Of a stretch of DNA of 64,000 nucleotides, positions 27,791 through 41,251 are shown one piece after another. The position numbers and the translations under genes are program-made. The DNA is from Rhizophagus irregularis (Eukaryota): contig NC_089429.1 in assembly GCF_026210795.1 (NCBI RefSeq), positions 4,216,001 through 4,280,000 of the forward strand. Direction: 5' to 3'. The notes beneath the pieces were generated by a model that did no database searches, was not told the origin of the DNA, and saw only the letters and a list, made by a program, of their open reading frames with translations. Numbering within the stretch: the stretch's first letter is position 1; every line of letters begins with the position of its first letter.

Positions 27791-29647
27791 TTAATATTCA
27801 TAAAAAGGATTAACAACATCTATAGGATCAGAAATCTCAGGTATCAATCTCATCAATTCTTCTAAATATATATAACCAGAATATTCTTTTGATTTCATAC
27901 CATCATAATAATTGTTACCATCATTATCATCATCATCATCATCATCATCACCATCATCATCATTATTATTATTACTACCACCACTATCAAGAAAATAATC
28001 ATCATTCAAATAATTACTATTAAAACTAAACTTTCTTAAAGATTTCTTTTTTTCAACATATTCTAATAATACTTTAAAATGTTGATTGGTTATCAATTCT
28101 TTATTATGAAAAGTTATTTCTTTCAATGAAGCCTCACAATTTTCCAATAAGAATTTTTTCAAATCTTTACTTGATATCAAAAGATCTAATTCCAATATCT
28201 TTAATGTTATAGGAATTTGTTTAACTAAATCCCAAATAATATTTTCATCAAAATAAATTTGTAATCTATCAATTGTAGTAGTAGTGACGATAGGAATATT
28301 TGAAGATTTTAATTTTAAATGATATAAATTTTGTAATTCTGAGAATAATTTTAAACAAGATATCAAATTATTATTATCTATTATCATTGATATATGAGTT
28401 ATATTTGGACAATTTAAAGAAATTGTTGGAATAAAATCGTTCGATAAAGAAAATATAGTAAGAGTTTCAACAGATTTGTTTGAATATTCCAATAAAGTTT
28501 GTAATACCTTACAAGAATCTTCAGATCTATGTGGATAACCTTCCTTTGGTAAGAAGAAAATATTTTTAAGATTAAATTTGATGATCGTATTCTTTGAAAC
28601 AGATTCAAAAGTGATTTTATCTTCTCTCGTTAAAATATTACTATTATTATCAACTAGAAAATCTTGATAAGGTACTACTGGTAATTCTATCGTATGCAAA
28701 CATTTTAATTCCAATATTAATAAAAAGAAATGATCAATAGTAATTTGAAATTCCAATCTCAAGAATGTTAAACTATTGGCTTGAGTGATTAAAGAAGGAT
28801 GAAATCTCTTATAAGTGAAAGTATCAGTTGAATCTGAAATATCCAATGTCTCCAAATTTTTTTGTTGTTCAATAACTTTTGTGAATAATTTCATAATCTC
28901 TTTAGAATCATTTGTTGGTATAAAAGGTTTATAATCTAAACATAAACATTTAATATTTTTATTATTTGATATAAGAGAATTTAATAAATTCTTTGTTAAA
29001 GAAATCAAATGATTTAATTCATTAAAATTAACAAAATCACTAAAATCAAATTGTTCAAAATGATATTCTATATCAAATTCTTGAACTTGTGATAATACTT
29101 CAATTGATCCACCATAACTTGTTATATCAACAAATTTAATATCTTCATCATTAATTAAATACATTGTATGATAATTAATATGAAAGAATATATTTTTCAT
29201 TTTATTAATTTGATTAAAAAATAAATTTCCAAATATTTCATTTGTAAGAATTTCTTGAGTTTCTGGTTTTTGATTATTATTTTCATCATACCAACAATTT
29301 ATTGAATATAAAATTCTTACATATTCAAAATCAATAAGAAATTTATGATATTCAATAGAAGATGATGTTGTTAAATAACTATTATCAGTAGTTATAATAT
29401 TTTCATTAAGTAAATAATTAATACGATCTTTTGGTAAACATTTTATATATGTTTTTATAATTGATGATAATTTATTTGTTGGAAGGGTAAAAGAAAAAGG
29501 ATTGCTCCATAATTTTGGTATAATTAAATGAAAGCAAAAATGATTTACAAATAAACATGAATATAATGTTATTCTATCTTCAACAAAATGAAATATATCA
29601 TTAATGCAGTCTGCTGGTAATTTTACAATAGGTTTATTATGTGACAT
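27791..29647 (-). CDS. F-box / LRR(RNI-like) protein
   Basis: 618-aa intronless ORF; LPADCINDIF...LYSCLFVN....IIPKLWSNPF; degenerate LxxLxL repeats; poly-Asp/Asn near the C-terminus. Confidence 0.8.
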   Translation of the reverse strand: MSHNKPIVKLPADCINDIFHFVEDRITLYSCLFVNHFCFHLIIPKLWSNPFSFTLPTNKLSSIIKTYIKCLPKDRINYLLNENIITTDNSYLTTSSSIEYHKFLIDFEYVRILYSINCWYDENNNQKPETQEILTNEIFGNLFFNQINKMKNIFFHINYHTMYLINDEDIKFVDITSYGGSIEVLSQVQEFDIEYHFEQFDFSDFVNFNELNHLISLTKNLLNSLISNNKNIKCLCLDYKPFIPTNDSKEIMKLFTKVIEQQKNLETLDISDSTDTFTYKRFHPSLITQANSLTFLRLEFQITIDHFFLLILELKCLHTIELPVVPYQDFLVDNNSNILTREDKITFESVSKNTIIKFNLKNIFFLPKEGYPHRSEDSCKVLQTLLEYSNKSVETLTIFSLSNDFIPTISLNCPNITHISMIIDNNNLISCLKLFSELQNLYHLKLKSSNIPIVTTTTIDRLQIYFDENIIWDLVKQIPITLKILELDLLISSKDLKKFLLENCEASLKEITFHNKELITNQHFKVLLEYVEKKKSLRKFSFNSNYLNDDYFLDSGGSNNNNDDDGDDDDDDDDNDGNNYYDGMKSKEYSGYIYLEELMRLIPEISDPIDVVNPFYEY

Positions 29648-30892
29648 TTTTTTTTAAAAAAAATCAAAAAAATGTTTCAGAAAGAGAGGGAAAATGAAGA
29701 ATTAATGTAACGTAGGCTATTTTTATTTATTTATATATTCGTAATCTTGTCGTAAGCTTACGCCACTGTCGGTCTGTCGGTACAATTTCGGAGTACCGTG
29801 TCAAGGTTACACAATTTGATGTGATTCATGCATATTAGCCGACATTTTTAGTAAAAAACCATTTGTTTTTTTAGAAGTAATAATATGTTATTTATTCCGA
29901 GATGGAAACCAAATAAGGAAAAATCGGAGCAATAACGCAGTTAATGTCGATACAAAAAGAATTTTTAGGTTTTCCAAAATTGAACTCATTAAATAGTAGT
30001 TTAAGTTTAGCCGTTTAGGCTATTATAAATTATTAAAAAATATGAATAATAATAATAATAAAAAGAAAATAGGTTAGATGATTTTCATTAAATTAAAAAT
30101 ATATATTAAAAATTTGATCTAAAAATATTTTGTTATTATTTAGTTAAGGTCTACAAATACCATTTTATCAACGATAATCGCTACTCATTTAAAGTTTGAG
30201 GTTTGCAACATTTTTAATATCCGGAAATTTAATAATTTTACTCCATCCAATAACTGAGGAATGCTGCGGTGACCAATAGGAATTAATGATACCTTAATAC
30301 CGATTTCAATATTAAAGATATCGGTATATTACTAATCGACTGAATAATAGCTATTTAATGTTGGAGTAACAATAGAATAATATTTATATATATAAAAATT
30401 TTTTTTTTTATTATACACGCAGTATAATACATATACTGTAATATTATGTGAGCGCTATTTTCAATATAAATCTTTACACTTCTAACTAAATGTGAAGAAC
30501 AATCGATCGTATGATCTCCAAAATAATAATTTTTGTGTAACAAAAATATGAGAGAGTGACGGAAGGGGTCAAATAATAAACAAATAAGAATGCATGCTAA
30601 TTTAAGTTAATTCCAATCATGATCTATTTTAAAGTATCCCTTATTTGCAATCAACCCCTGAGTGATGATGTCACATGATCCAATTATTGTTTTCGTACAC
30701 TCTAATAAATAATTTACTTACGAATCCCTGAATCCCTGCAGGTTCTAGAATCAAATTCATTAATCTTTTAACCGGATTGATCCGTATCTGGTGAAACGCT
30801 AAAATAATTGTACGAATGCATCATGAACATCTGGCTAAAAGTTCAAAAAGTTTAATAAATTTGATGATTGTGCAATGATCATCTTTGTAATT

Positions 30893-31078
30893 ATGATCCT
30901 AAATGAGGAAATTAGATTAGATTAAGTTCGACGCCTCAATCCAATCCATTCAAATTGTTCCAATTTGAGGCCAACGATAATAACCTTTTAATAATGTTTA
31001 TTAGTAAAGTTATACAAGGATCTCAATATGTAATTCAATCCAATTCAAAGTTGATCAGCAATCCAATCCAGGGATCAT
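30893..31078. mobile_element. Small MITE-like insertion in a decayed coding fragment
   Basis: ATGATCC/GGATCAT ends flanked by AATT; CAATCCAAT repeats. Removing it joins the minus-strand frame EYWEMEGLVN-YKDDHCTIIK. Confidence 0.4.
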
Positions 31079-32369
31079 AATTGACTAAACCTTCCATTTC
31101 CCAATATTCTATAAATGTTTTCTTCTGTTCTATTGCATTTCTATTTGGTTATTTATCCAATCGTTGTGATCATATTCTTCGTTCATTCTCATTATCACGT
31201 TATATTCTTGCATTATTGTTGGTGTGAAAACACGTTCTCTTTACTAAAGCGAATTCTGTTTATAATTTAGCATGATATTATACCGCTGGTATAAAGTGCC
31301 CCTAGCCAGGAATGTACTAAGATAAATTACCGAATAAAATGTTAGCAAATTTTATGGTTTTGATAAATTACCAAATTAAATAAATAACAGTTGTAATGTA
31401 TCAATATCAATAAGATTACATCCTGCCAATGGTATAATATTACCGAATAGTGGATATAATACCCCTCGTTCACATAGTTTTAAAATAAATCATTAATTTT
31501 ATGAATAGAATAAATGCACATATTTTATTTCCCATGAAACGAATATGATTCATCTTTACAAAATTGTATTTAGCGTCATGACATTGTAGAGGATTTTTCT
31601 TTTTCTTTATCATACATTATCATCGGCTATTGAAGACTCATGTAAAATGCTTATTAAATATTATGTAAAGATCTAATGCAAAATATTTTATTAAGAAATT
31701 CTCTGTACAAGGATTTATAATAAGGACAAGATTCAGCTGAAAATAAACAGAGTGGAGTAAAATTACCATACAATTTTATAGAAAATCCATGGGTCGAAAC
31801 ACGTAGTATACCCAGGTAATGATACGGCAAGTACTAGAGGATTTATTATATAAAATTATTATTAATGTTTAATCATGAACTAATTGGAGATTAGTATTAG
31901 ACAATGTGCTACATGGTAATTAAAATTTGGCATACATTTGCTTTATTACCAGAAGTCATTTTAGATCTTGAAATTTTGAATTGAGAAAACTAATGCACCA
32001 TTTTAGTTAAATTTGATACCTGTTATACCTGTTGTAGTCCAACCACTTTATCCTAAATTAAAATCTTCAATTTAGAGATATAATAAATGAATAACTGAAT
32101 ACCCATCAAGTTTGGAAAATTTGAAACTTACCACTATGAGTTTACTTACTCCAAATATATTTATGTTAATTTGATTGAAATATGATCCAGGTAAACCTGG
32201 CTATACCAAATTGACTTTATTCCAAAAACATTAATGCAGAAATGCAGATTTGGCTATTTTGGTTTACATACTTCCAAATATGTTCTCCTACATTAATATA
32301 TATAGTAAATAATAATAAAATATAAATTTTATTAATATAATAAATAAATAAATAATATATACAATATAT

Positions 32370-34088
32370 TTATATTAATCCATCAATATCTGATGGTCTA
32401 ATAATTAAATCATCATACATTTTCATTTTTACAATATTTTCAGTTTCTTTAATTAAATTTTTTAAATTATTAGAAAGAACAAATTGATTTGTAATTGCAT
32501 ATGTTAAATATTCTAAATTTTTCCCTTTAACAAATTCTTTAATAACATATAAAGTAGCTTTTAAATTATTTTTACTACTATTACAAATTAATAATTTTTT
32601 TAAATTATTAATATATTTACAATTTTCAAAAAAATGGGTTAAATTAATTGGATCAAGATCAAAATATAAATCTAAATATTCCAAATTAATAGGTAATGAT
32701 TGACCCAATTCTTTTAAAAAATTTTTACCAAGTTTTCCTTTAACTTCAAGAGTAAGATATCTTAAATTATTATTAAATAATTCCATTATTTGAAAAAATA
32801 AATTTTCATAATTATTAATTTCAGTTAAATAAAGAAATTCAATTTTTTCACAATATTGAATAATAAATTCATAAAAATCTTCAATAAAATATGGTTGATA
32901 AATTATTACTAAATATTTTAAATAAGGACCAATATTATGAAATAATAATTGAAAAGGAAAAATTGATTGAATAACATTATCATCAAGTATTAAGGTTTTA
33001 ATTTTTAATGGTATAGAAATATTTAAAAGGGATTGAATAAATAATTCTGGTCTTTCACAATATTTAAATTCTAAAGATTGAATATGTATTAAATGTTCAA
33101 TTTCATTTAATAATAACATATTCTCATTAAAAATAATAAAATGAAAACTAATTGAAGTTAAAGTATTTGAACAATATTTTAAAGATTCTGATAATGAACA
33201 AATTCTATTAAATAAAACTTTTGATAAAGTGATTTGTGATTTAAATAAATTTTTTATCTCTTGTAAAAATTTGTTATGAACTTCATGGGGAAAATTAAGT
33301 TCTATGTATTTAATAGAATTACAAATTAATGGTAAAGATGATAAAAAATTTTGTAATTTACGTATCGCTTCAAATTCAGGACATGATATTATTATACGAA
33401 AATCCTTAACTCTTGAAATAAATTTTGGAGTTTCTAAAATTAATTCATCAAGATTATAAAAATTTTTAGTGCTAAAAAAACGATCTTCTAATTGTAATTT
33501 ATATAATGATGCATCGTTTTTAATGAATATTTCAAATAATAAAAAATATGCTAAATTAATTTTAAGTATTAATGTTGTATCTGCTTTTTTATAAATAAAA
33601 TTTCGAAAATTTTCCATATTAGTTTTATTTGAAGCTTTGTATTGTATTTCAGTTAATGGACAATTAATCGTACAAGTATTTATATGACTAGAAGCTTTGA
33701 GTTCATTACTTAAAATTCTTGATTTATTCATCCAGACCATCAAATGCGAATCAATTAGAGAACTATTTACAGTTTTAAGAAAACTTGGATAATTAAATAA
33801 ATGAGGTTTTAATGATAATGAATCGATCATATTAAATCCATGATTTTTTAAAGTGTTTTTATTTACATCACTTAAATATAAAAAATAGATATCAAGAAAA
33901 TGTATAAATGTTTTATTACTTAAAGGAATTGAAAAAGGATCTTCCCAAAGTAATGGAATTGAAATACGACAAAATAATCGATTTACGAAAATACATGAGT
34001 AAAGTGACCTTAAATCATTTCGTAAATATTGTAAAATATAATCTATAATTTCTGGTATATCCCCAGAAAATATTTTGGAACATGCCAT
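32370..34088 (-). CDS. F-box / LRR(RNI-like) protein
   Basis: 572-aa intronless ORF; MACSKIFSGDIPEII..IL..L..DLRSLYSCIFVNRLFCRISIPLLWEDPF. Confidence 0.85.
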   Translation of the reverse strand: MACSKIFSGDIPEIIDYILQYLRNDLRSLYSCIFVNRLFCRISIPLLWEDPFSIPLSNKTFIHFLDIYFLYLSDVNKNTLKNHGFNMIDSLSLKPHLFNYPSFLKTVNSSLIDSHLMVWMNKSRILSNELKASSHINTCTINCPLTEIQYKASNKTNMENFRNFIYKKADTTLILKINLAYFLLFEIFIKNDASLYKLQLEDRFFSTKNFYNLDELILETPKFISRVKDFRIIISCPEFEAIRKLQNFLSSLPLICNSIKYIELNFPHEVHNKFLQEIKNLFKSQITLSKVLFNRICSLSESLKYCSNTLTSISFHFIIFNENMLLLNEIEHLIHIQSLEFKYCERPELFIQSLLNISIPLKIKTLILDDNVIQSIFPFQLLFHNIGPYLKYLVIIYQPYFIEDFYEFIIQYCEKIEFLYLTEINNYENLFFQIMELFNNNLRYLTLEVKGKLGKNFLKELGQSLPINLEYLDLYFDLDPINLTHFFENCKYINNLKKLLICNSSKNNLKATLYVIKEFVKGKNLEYLTYAITNQFVLSNNLKNLIKETENIVKMKMYDDLIIRPSDIDGLI

Positions 34089-36759
34089 GTTTTTTGAATA
34101 AATTAAAGGAGGGAAAAGACAAAAGGGGAATGAATTTATCCGTTGATCAGTTTTATTTATATGAAATTATTAACCGCAGTAGCCTCGGGAACTTTATGTT
34201 ACACCCGGTGCCCAGATGTAACTTTACTAGAGGATTTATAATTAGGGCGACTTTATTTATTTACTATTTGCATTTTTATTTGTTTTTTTTGTGACACAGA
34301 CTACGGCTGGTAGGGATTAAAAAAAAGCGACTAAATGATTACTAATTTGAAACATCTAACATCTTTGGAACTAATTATAGCTAGTATTAAAGTGTTAATA
34401 TATATTGACGCCTTATTCCTAGTAAGTCACCATTCCCCATAAATTGTGACATAGCTTATTAAGCATTCAGAAACTTGATAAAATTAAAAGTAAAAAAAAA
34501 GCCCCTTTTTTAAATGTAAAAAGGCCAACATATTTACAGTAGTAAATTTGAGAATTCTTTATTCAAATCTTTAAAAAATATTCCATTAAATAAATATCTA
34601 ATTTTAAGTGATAAAATGAATGAATAATTGTCCATTGCATATATAAAATTAGCAAAGACTACAATGATATTTGTTAGAAAATCTTATTGGAAAAAAAAGA
34701 TGAGAAGAGGCCAAAAATAATTAACAAAATTTTTATTATTTCCAGATGTGGATGGATAGATTTTTCGTTTTAATTATAATTAGCAATAATATTTTTTTGC
34801 TCATTTTATAAGTTTTTGTAATTAACGGAAAATTTTATTATATCAATTTTATCCCATATTCATATTATAATATTCATAAACTTTATAGTAAGTTTTATAC
34901 TATTTTATAAAATTTTATATTAAATTTTTTAAAATAGTTCTAAAGAGCAACTTTTTTTTGGCTGCACATTCTCTTTATTTGATTTTATGTTCCTCTGAAG
35001 TGAGCCAAATTTGCTATTTGTTCTCAGTTTTCTTGTTATCTTCATGATGGCTCCTTCATCCAACAAATCTAATATATCATAGCCAGAAGAAAACTCCTTT
35101 TGTTCATAGCAAGTAATGACAAGAGAACATCTCTTTCACCTAGGACAATAAATTATTCTAAGACTTTGACTACACATGCTAAAATGCAAGTTTTATAATC
35201 AAAGAAGGTACGATCTCCTCTTTGATTCCATGCACACTTGTTTATTATAAAAAAATCTAGGTGAAACTTTTCAATATTATTCATCATCCAGTGGTCAAAA
35301 TCTAGTAGTAATCAATCTTTGGCTTTTTTTTTCAAAATATTACAAATATTTGTTATTCATATATGAATATTTGAAATGAATATTTGAAATAAAATTAGAA
35401 TATTATTTGTGTTAAAATTTGGTGTTATTATTTATAAAAAAAAAATTATTCAAAATATTAATGAATAGGAAATAATATTAATATATAATCTGCGATTTTA
35501 CGATGAATAGTATAGATTTGATTAATAATGTTAAGGTGAATAAAACATTTTCGAATTTTTCCTCTTACTTGAGATGAATATTAATATTCAGCAACTATAC
35601 GAGCATAAGCATCTAAACTTAATCTCATTTCGCTAATCTCTTTATCAACTTCCATTAATTGAATAATAAAATCAACCAACTTTGTGTTTGTACATTTGCT
35701 CCGTGTATTTAAAAAATAGGTAGAGTTCATAAAAAAAATGTTTGTAAATTGGGCTTAAAAAATTCGCGTTATCCATTAGTGAAGAAAGTGTGGATATTCG
35801 GATTCCGGATATGTATTTTCCCAAGCACCTGACATACCTGCTTCGTGTAAAAAGTATAAAAAAAATCTAGTCATTCAATCGTATCAATGTCATCACTCAT
35901 CATTTTTTTGCAAGCTTTATTAAGTCGGACTACTATTAATGGCTTGTTATGATGATGAGAAAATCAATTTATCAGTAAGGTGACTTATTGTTGCGGGTAT
36001 GATACAAATATACAAATTTCAGATACCCCTGAGTTTTTGTTATATGACAATTTTTATTATTATTTAGATAACAAGATCGTTCAGAAAATGAGAGTTTGTT
36101 TTTGTAAGGTATTATAAATGAGGTACTGTAGCCCGCAAAATACGGTAATTATTTTTATTTACAGTCATTAATATAACTATGTCAACCCTTTATAGATTAT
36201 CTCCTTAACAATAACAATTCGCAAAAGAATTTATTGAAAAAATTGAGAATCTTCAGAAATTCGGATCGAATCCGCCGAGTTTGATTTGGCTTGCAGTATA
36301 CCAAATAAGTTGCATTGATTCTTTTATCGATGGTGGCGGAAGACTGATTCCTTGAAATAAACTAATTATAAGAAATTTTCAATTACCATCCAAATAATGA
36401 AAATTAATTAATCCAAACTTACTACAATTCAAATTAAACTTGCAATAATAAATATTTGCGAGTAGATATTAGAACATTTATTAACAAAAAACACAAAGAA
36501 CAAAGAAAAAGATTTTTGTCAAATTAATAAGGTGTAAACAATTAGGAATTAATCTGAATATGATAGTTACACTAATTAATACGTAAAAGAAAAAATTTAA
36601 AATAATGTCGATAAGAGTTATTCTCCCCCCATAAAAAATGGAATGTCATGTGATTCATTCGTACGCGTTTTTGAAACAGAATAACATGAATTTGCATACA
36701 ATGAACCAACTAAACTTCAATATAACCAATATAACTGGAGAAGTATACATAAAAAATAA

Positions 36760-38166
36760 TTAACTCAATTCAATTATTTGAACATTTTGAGAAGGTTGAA
36801 TTCGAAGGCGACCAGGATGACATAACGATGCTACAGGATAAAGCCTTGATGGTAAATCATTCCACACTAGTACGTCTGGATACCTTACGCCATTGACCGT
36901 AAAGGCGCAAGTTCCGCAATTCATATTTAAATGAACAGTAACTCTCGCACCATCTCCAAATTTATTACAATATTCGTTTTGCCAAATTCCGGAATTACAA
37001 CAATTGCCATTGGAACCCAATACCCATCCATTGGGTTGAGATCCTGCAAATTTTTCGTAATTTAAATCCCCTGGTCCGCATACTCCGACATAAACAATTT
37101 TACACTTTCTCTCAATAATGACGTCCCACTCATAGATTCCTTCATTTTCAAATGACATTCTACTTCTAATACTTTGAAGATGGTTACCATATGGCGATTC
37201 TACAACATTTCCATTTTCCTTAATAATAAGTCTCGATCCACATGCTAACTCATCCCAAGCGTAAGAAGATATTCCGCGAACATCGTTTAAATCAGAATCA
37301 TTCGACATTACTTTATATCGATAAACATCCATGATTACTTCTGATGGAATAATTCCCAATGGCTCAATAAATTTTGCTAATATTTGACCTTTAATTCTCT
37401 TGAAATCAATATATTCAATTAAAGGTTCTAATATTTCAGCAACTTTTTGACAATCGGTAAAATTATTTTCTACTTGGATCTGATTTTCTATTTGTTCTAA
37501 AACTGGTAACTGTTTAAAAAGAATTTCATATGCATCGTTGGATACTTTTTTTCCTGCTAGAATAACACTATATCTGAGAACTTCGTATTCCGGTGTTGCA
37601 AAGGGCTTTGCTTTCTCGTGTGTGTGAGACAAAAGACATTGAAGTGCTTCAAGTGATAATCGACCAAATTCAATTGCATTTAATGGAATAGTTGCTAGTT
37701 CTTCGACTAACAAGTTTACGAGAATATTATTTTCCGTAAATGGCATAGTTTTCACGACTTTCGACAAAAATTCTGGTAAATAATCTTCTGAGCGACTAAC
37801 TAGTAAGGCATTTTTTAAAATTCTCATGATAAATTCCTGGAGATTTGGTAATTGAAAATAATCTGCGGCGCTGAAGGCTTCAATTATATTTTCTTCGGTT
37901 ATTGATTCTTCTTTAATTGAACCTGTATAAGCATATTCCAACACAATTTCCATTACAAAAGAATTAATCGTTGGAAAAGAAATTTGATTCTCGTAGCTTT
38001 CTTTCATTCCATTATAAAGTAGCCCATCAAATACTTCTGATCTCGCTGCTAATATTGCCCTAGATGCATATAATCTTTTATTATCTTCACAAATAATTTC
38101 TATATCGCTATATTTTGGGTTATTTAATAATAATTTTAAATCTTGGTCTAGCGAATATCCTTTCAT
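36760..38166 (-). CDS. BTB/POZ-(BACK-like)-SPRY/B30.2 protein, copy 1
   Basis: 468 aa; BTB YSDIEIIC..RAILAARSEVF..LLYNGMKES; SPRY EWDVII..VGV..GWVL..VTVHL.M....CAFTVNG..LYPVASL. Confidence 0.9.
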   Translation of the reverse strand: MKGYSLDQDLKLLLNNPKYSDIEIICEDNKRLYASRAILAARSEVFDGLLYNGMKESYENQISFPTINSFVMEIVLEYAYTGSIKEESITEENIIEAFSAADYFQLPNLQEFIMRILKNALLVSRSEDYLPEFLSKVVKTMPFTENNILVNLLVEELATIPLNAIEFGRLSLEALQCLLSHTHEKAKPFATPEYEVLRYSVILAGKKVSNDAYEILFKQLPVLEQIENQIQVENNFTDCQKVAEILEPLIEYIDFKRIKGQILAKFIEPLGIIPSEVIMDVYRYKVMSNDSDLNDVRGISSYAWDELACGSRLIIKENGNVVESPYGNHLQSIRSRMSFENEGIYEWDVIIERKCKIVYVGVCGPGDLNYEKFAGSQPNGWVLGSNGNCCNSGIWQNEYCNKFGDGARVTVHLNMNCGTCAFTVNGVRYPDVLVWNDLPSRLYPVASLCHPGRLRIQPSQNVQIIELS

Positions 38167-38510
38167 ATTTGAAAATCAAATTTTTTAAATTTTTTTTATT
38201 TTTAAGAAACAGAAAGTGGGTTGTAAGCTTACATGAGACGATAAGCCAAATAAGCTAATATTTATATATTTTTTGCATCAGATTTTCAACAAATTAGGTG
38301 ATTTAAATATGAATCGGAGAAAATTTGGAATCAAACATTCTGATGTATTACCAAATAAGTATTTTAAACAACGCGTTTGTACTTAAAATCACATTCTTAT
38401 ACTTATACGCGTGATTAATTATAATAAATAAAATCGACGTGATTGTACCGTATAGGCGTATACACCGTGTACACTTGATTCACTTGATTCCTGATTTTAA
38501 AAATTTTATA

Positions 38511-38941
38511 TGGTGGCTGTCACCTATAAACAACAATAGTCCGAAATTTTGAAATTTATTTATTTATATTGTGTAACTTATGTTTTAAAGTACTTTGTCA
38601 AAATATTAATTGCCGCGTGAGCGGCAAAATTTTTTTTTTGCCATATTACATGGAATTCTTGTGGATTTCCATGGAATTTTTGTAAAATCCATAAAAATTA
38701 CATGAAAACTAGTCCGAAATTTTATATTTTTATTATTGCTACTTATTAAAATTATCCAACTTTAACCCATAATATTAATTAAAATTCTTATTAAATTCTA
38801 TAAAATAATCCGATAGAAATGTTCAGTACATGTTGCTATATCATTTTATCGGTTTAGTTTTTTCTTTTTACTATTCAATTTACAATTTATAAAAATTTGA
38901 AGTCACTTAATATTAGTGTGGTTTATAGGTGACAGCCACCA
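38511..38941. mobile_element. MITE with TA target
   Basis: TIR TGGTGGCTGTCACCTATAAAC / GTTTATAGGTGACAGCCACCA flanked by TA. Confidence 0.8.
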
Positions 38942-39253
38942 TAGTACTATAGTACTGACAATCCCAATAAAAATTAAAGAAATCTTCATATTATAATCCG
39001 TTATATTTGGGACGGGTATTATACCGTCGTATGACCTGTATTTTAGGCATATCGAGATCGAGGTATCGGCTCATTCAGGTGTATCGAGCGGATTATTTTA
39101 TCACGTAAAAAATATGTTAATTGTGTAAATCAGCATACAAAGTACTTTTTGTTTATTCATTTTTAGACTTCGATATATAATACAAATACATACTGTACGT
39201 CATTCGAATTAAAATTTTTTTCTTATTCATCTTCTATATTAACGACCTTTAAA

Positions 39254-40645
39254 TTATTTTCTATGATAAAATTGAATTCGATAGCGACCAGGATGGCGTA
39301 ATGTTACTAGAGGATAAAGCTTTGATGGTAAATTATTCCACCCCGATACTACCGGATACCTTTTACCATTGACTGTAAAAGCGCAAGTTCTTTTATTCAT
39401 ATCTACATGTGCAATGACTTTTGCGCCATTTCCAAATGGTTGGCAATAATTTGATCCTTTACCAGAATTAAAGCAATAACCAGTAGAACTTAATACCCAT
39501 ATAGTAGATTGAGCCTTCGACATAGTTTCAAAATTAATATGCTCTGATGAACATACTCCAACCCAAGCAGGTTTACAATCTTTCTCAATAACAAAATCAA
39601 ATTCAAAAATGCCATTATCTTCTAACGCCACTTTAGCTTTAATACCTTGGTATGAATTAACACCATTTGGCGCACTTACAACTTTTTTATTATTTTCAAT
39701 AATGAGTTTTGATCCACACGCTGAACTATCCCAAACATAATCAAAATCATAGGGTATTCCTCGAGTTCCATTAATATCATTGTTAAGCGATGTTACTTTT
39801 TGTCGATAAGCATTAAAAATTATTTCAGTCGAGATAATTTTCAATGGTTCAATAATATTAGTTAAAATTCTTCCTTTAATTTGACTAAAATCAATAAATT
39901 TAGCTAAAGGATCCAATTCTTCAGCAACTGTTTGATTGTCGGTAATAGATTCGTTTATTCCTTGAATTGGATTCTCTATTTGTTCCAAGGATGGCAACTG
40001 TTGCGTAAGAGCTTGAAATGCATTATCCGAAACTTGCTTTGCTGCTAGAATAGCACTATATCGAAAAACTTCATATTCTGGAGTTGCAAAGAACTTTTCT
40101 TTTTTATGTGTACAATATAAGAGATATTTAAGTCCTGTAGTTGATAATCGACCAAATTCGATAGTATTTAATGGAATAATTGCTACTGCTTCAACCAATA
40201 AATTGAGAAATGCATTATCCTCCGTTAATGGCATTAATTCCGCGGCTTTAGATAGTAACTCTGGTGAATAATCTGTTTCTAATTTATTTTTAATAATTTT
40301 CATAATAAAATCTTGAAGATCTGATAAATGAAAATACTCTGCAGCACAAAAAGCTTCTATTAAATTATTATTCGTTATTGATTCTTCTTTAATTGAACCT
40401 GTATAAGTATATTCCAACACAATTTCCATTACAAAAGAATTAATCGTTGGAAAAGAAATTTGGTTTTCATAACTTTCTTTCATCCCATTATAAAGTAATT
40501 TATCAAATACTTCGGACCTTGCAGCTAAAATTGCTCTACAGCCATATAGTTTCTTTTCATCTTCACATAAAATTTCTATATCACTATACTTTGGATTATT
40601 TACTAACAGTTTTAAGTCTTGTTCTAATGAACATCCTCTCGCCAT
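39254..40645 (-). CDS. BTB/POZ-SPRY protein, copy 2
   Basis: 463-aa intronless ORF colinear with copy 1. Confidence 0.9.
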   Translation of the reverse strand: MARGCSLEQDLKLLVNNPKYSDIEILCEDEKKLYGCRAILAARSEVFDKLLYNGMKESYENQISFPTINSFVMEIVLEYTYTGSIKEESITNNNLIEAFCAAEYFHLSDLQDFIMKIIKNKLETDYSPELLSKAAELMPLTEDNAFLNLLVEAVAIIPLNTIEFGRLSTTGLKYLLYCTHKKEKFFATPEYEVFRYSAILAAKQVSDNAFQALTQQLPSLEQIENPIQGINESITDNQTVAEELDPLAKFIDFSQIKGRILTNIIEPLKIISTEIIFNAYRQKVTSLNNDINGTRGIPYDFDYVWDSSACGSKLIIENNKKVVSAPNGVNSYQGIKAKVALEDNGIFEFDFVIEKDCKPAWVGVCSSEHINFETMSKAQSTIWVLSSTGYCFNSGKGSNYCQPFGNGAKVIAHVDMNKRTCAFTVNGKRYPVVSGWNNLPSKLYPLVTLRHPGRYRIQFYHRK

Positions 40646-41251
40646 TTTTTGAGAATTTTTTTTTTCAATTTCAATGATTCTATTTTAAGAATTTGACTTA
40701 TATATAAAAAAGTGGTTACACTATGTGCAATGCAGATCATCTCGATAATTAGTTAACAAAAAAAAAAAAAACTTTATTTTTTTGTTAAAAAAAATTAAAA
40801 TTTTTCATCAATTGAATTCTCAAATTAATTATATTTTTTGACTTAAGAGATACGAATTTAATTCTACTAGTTTTATATAAACGTATATTAACAAGATATG
40901 ATATGGTTATAGGTTTATGATAAGAGACCGGAAATAAATGATTGAATTTGAAGGCGACCAGAGTTATATAATGATACCATAGGACAAACCTTTGAAGATA
41001 AATAAATCTCAGCGAATATTTTTTACATTAATTGCAAACAACAATTTTTTTTTTATTATATCCGAATGTCTCAAATGAGGGACGATATCTGGATGATATC
41101 ATGTTAATTACCATAACACCTAATGTCCATATACTATTGAAAAATTACTATGCCGCAGGTAATTTGATCCAAACATGTGTGCATATTTTCTCTATAACAA
41201 TATCTCATTAAAAATACCTTTGTTTTCTAATGCTATTTTAACTCTCACACT

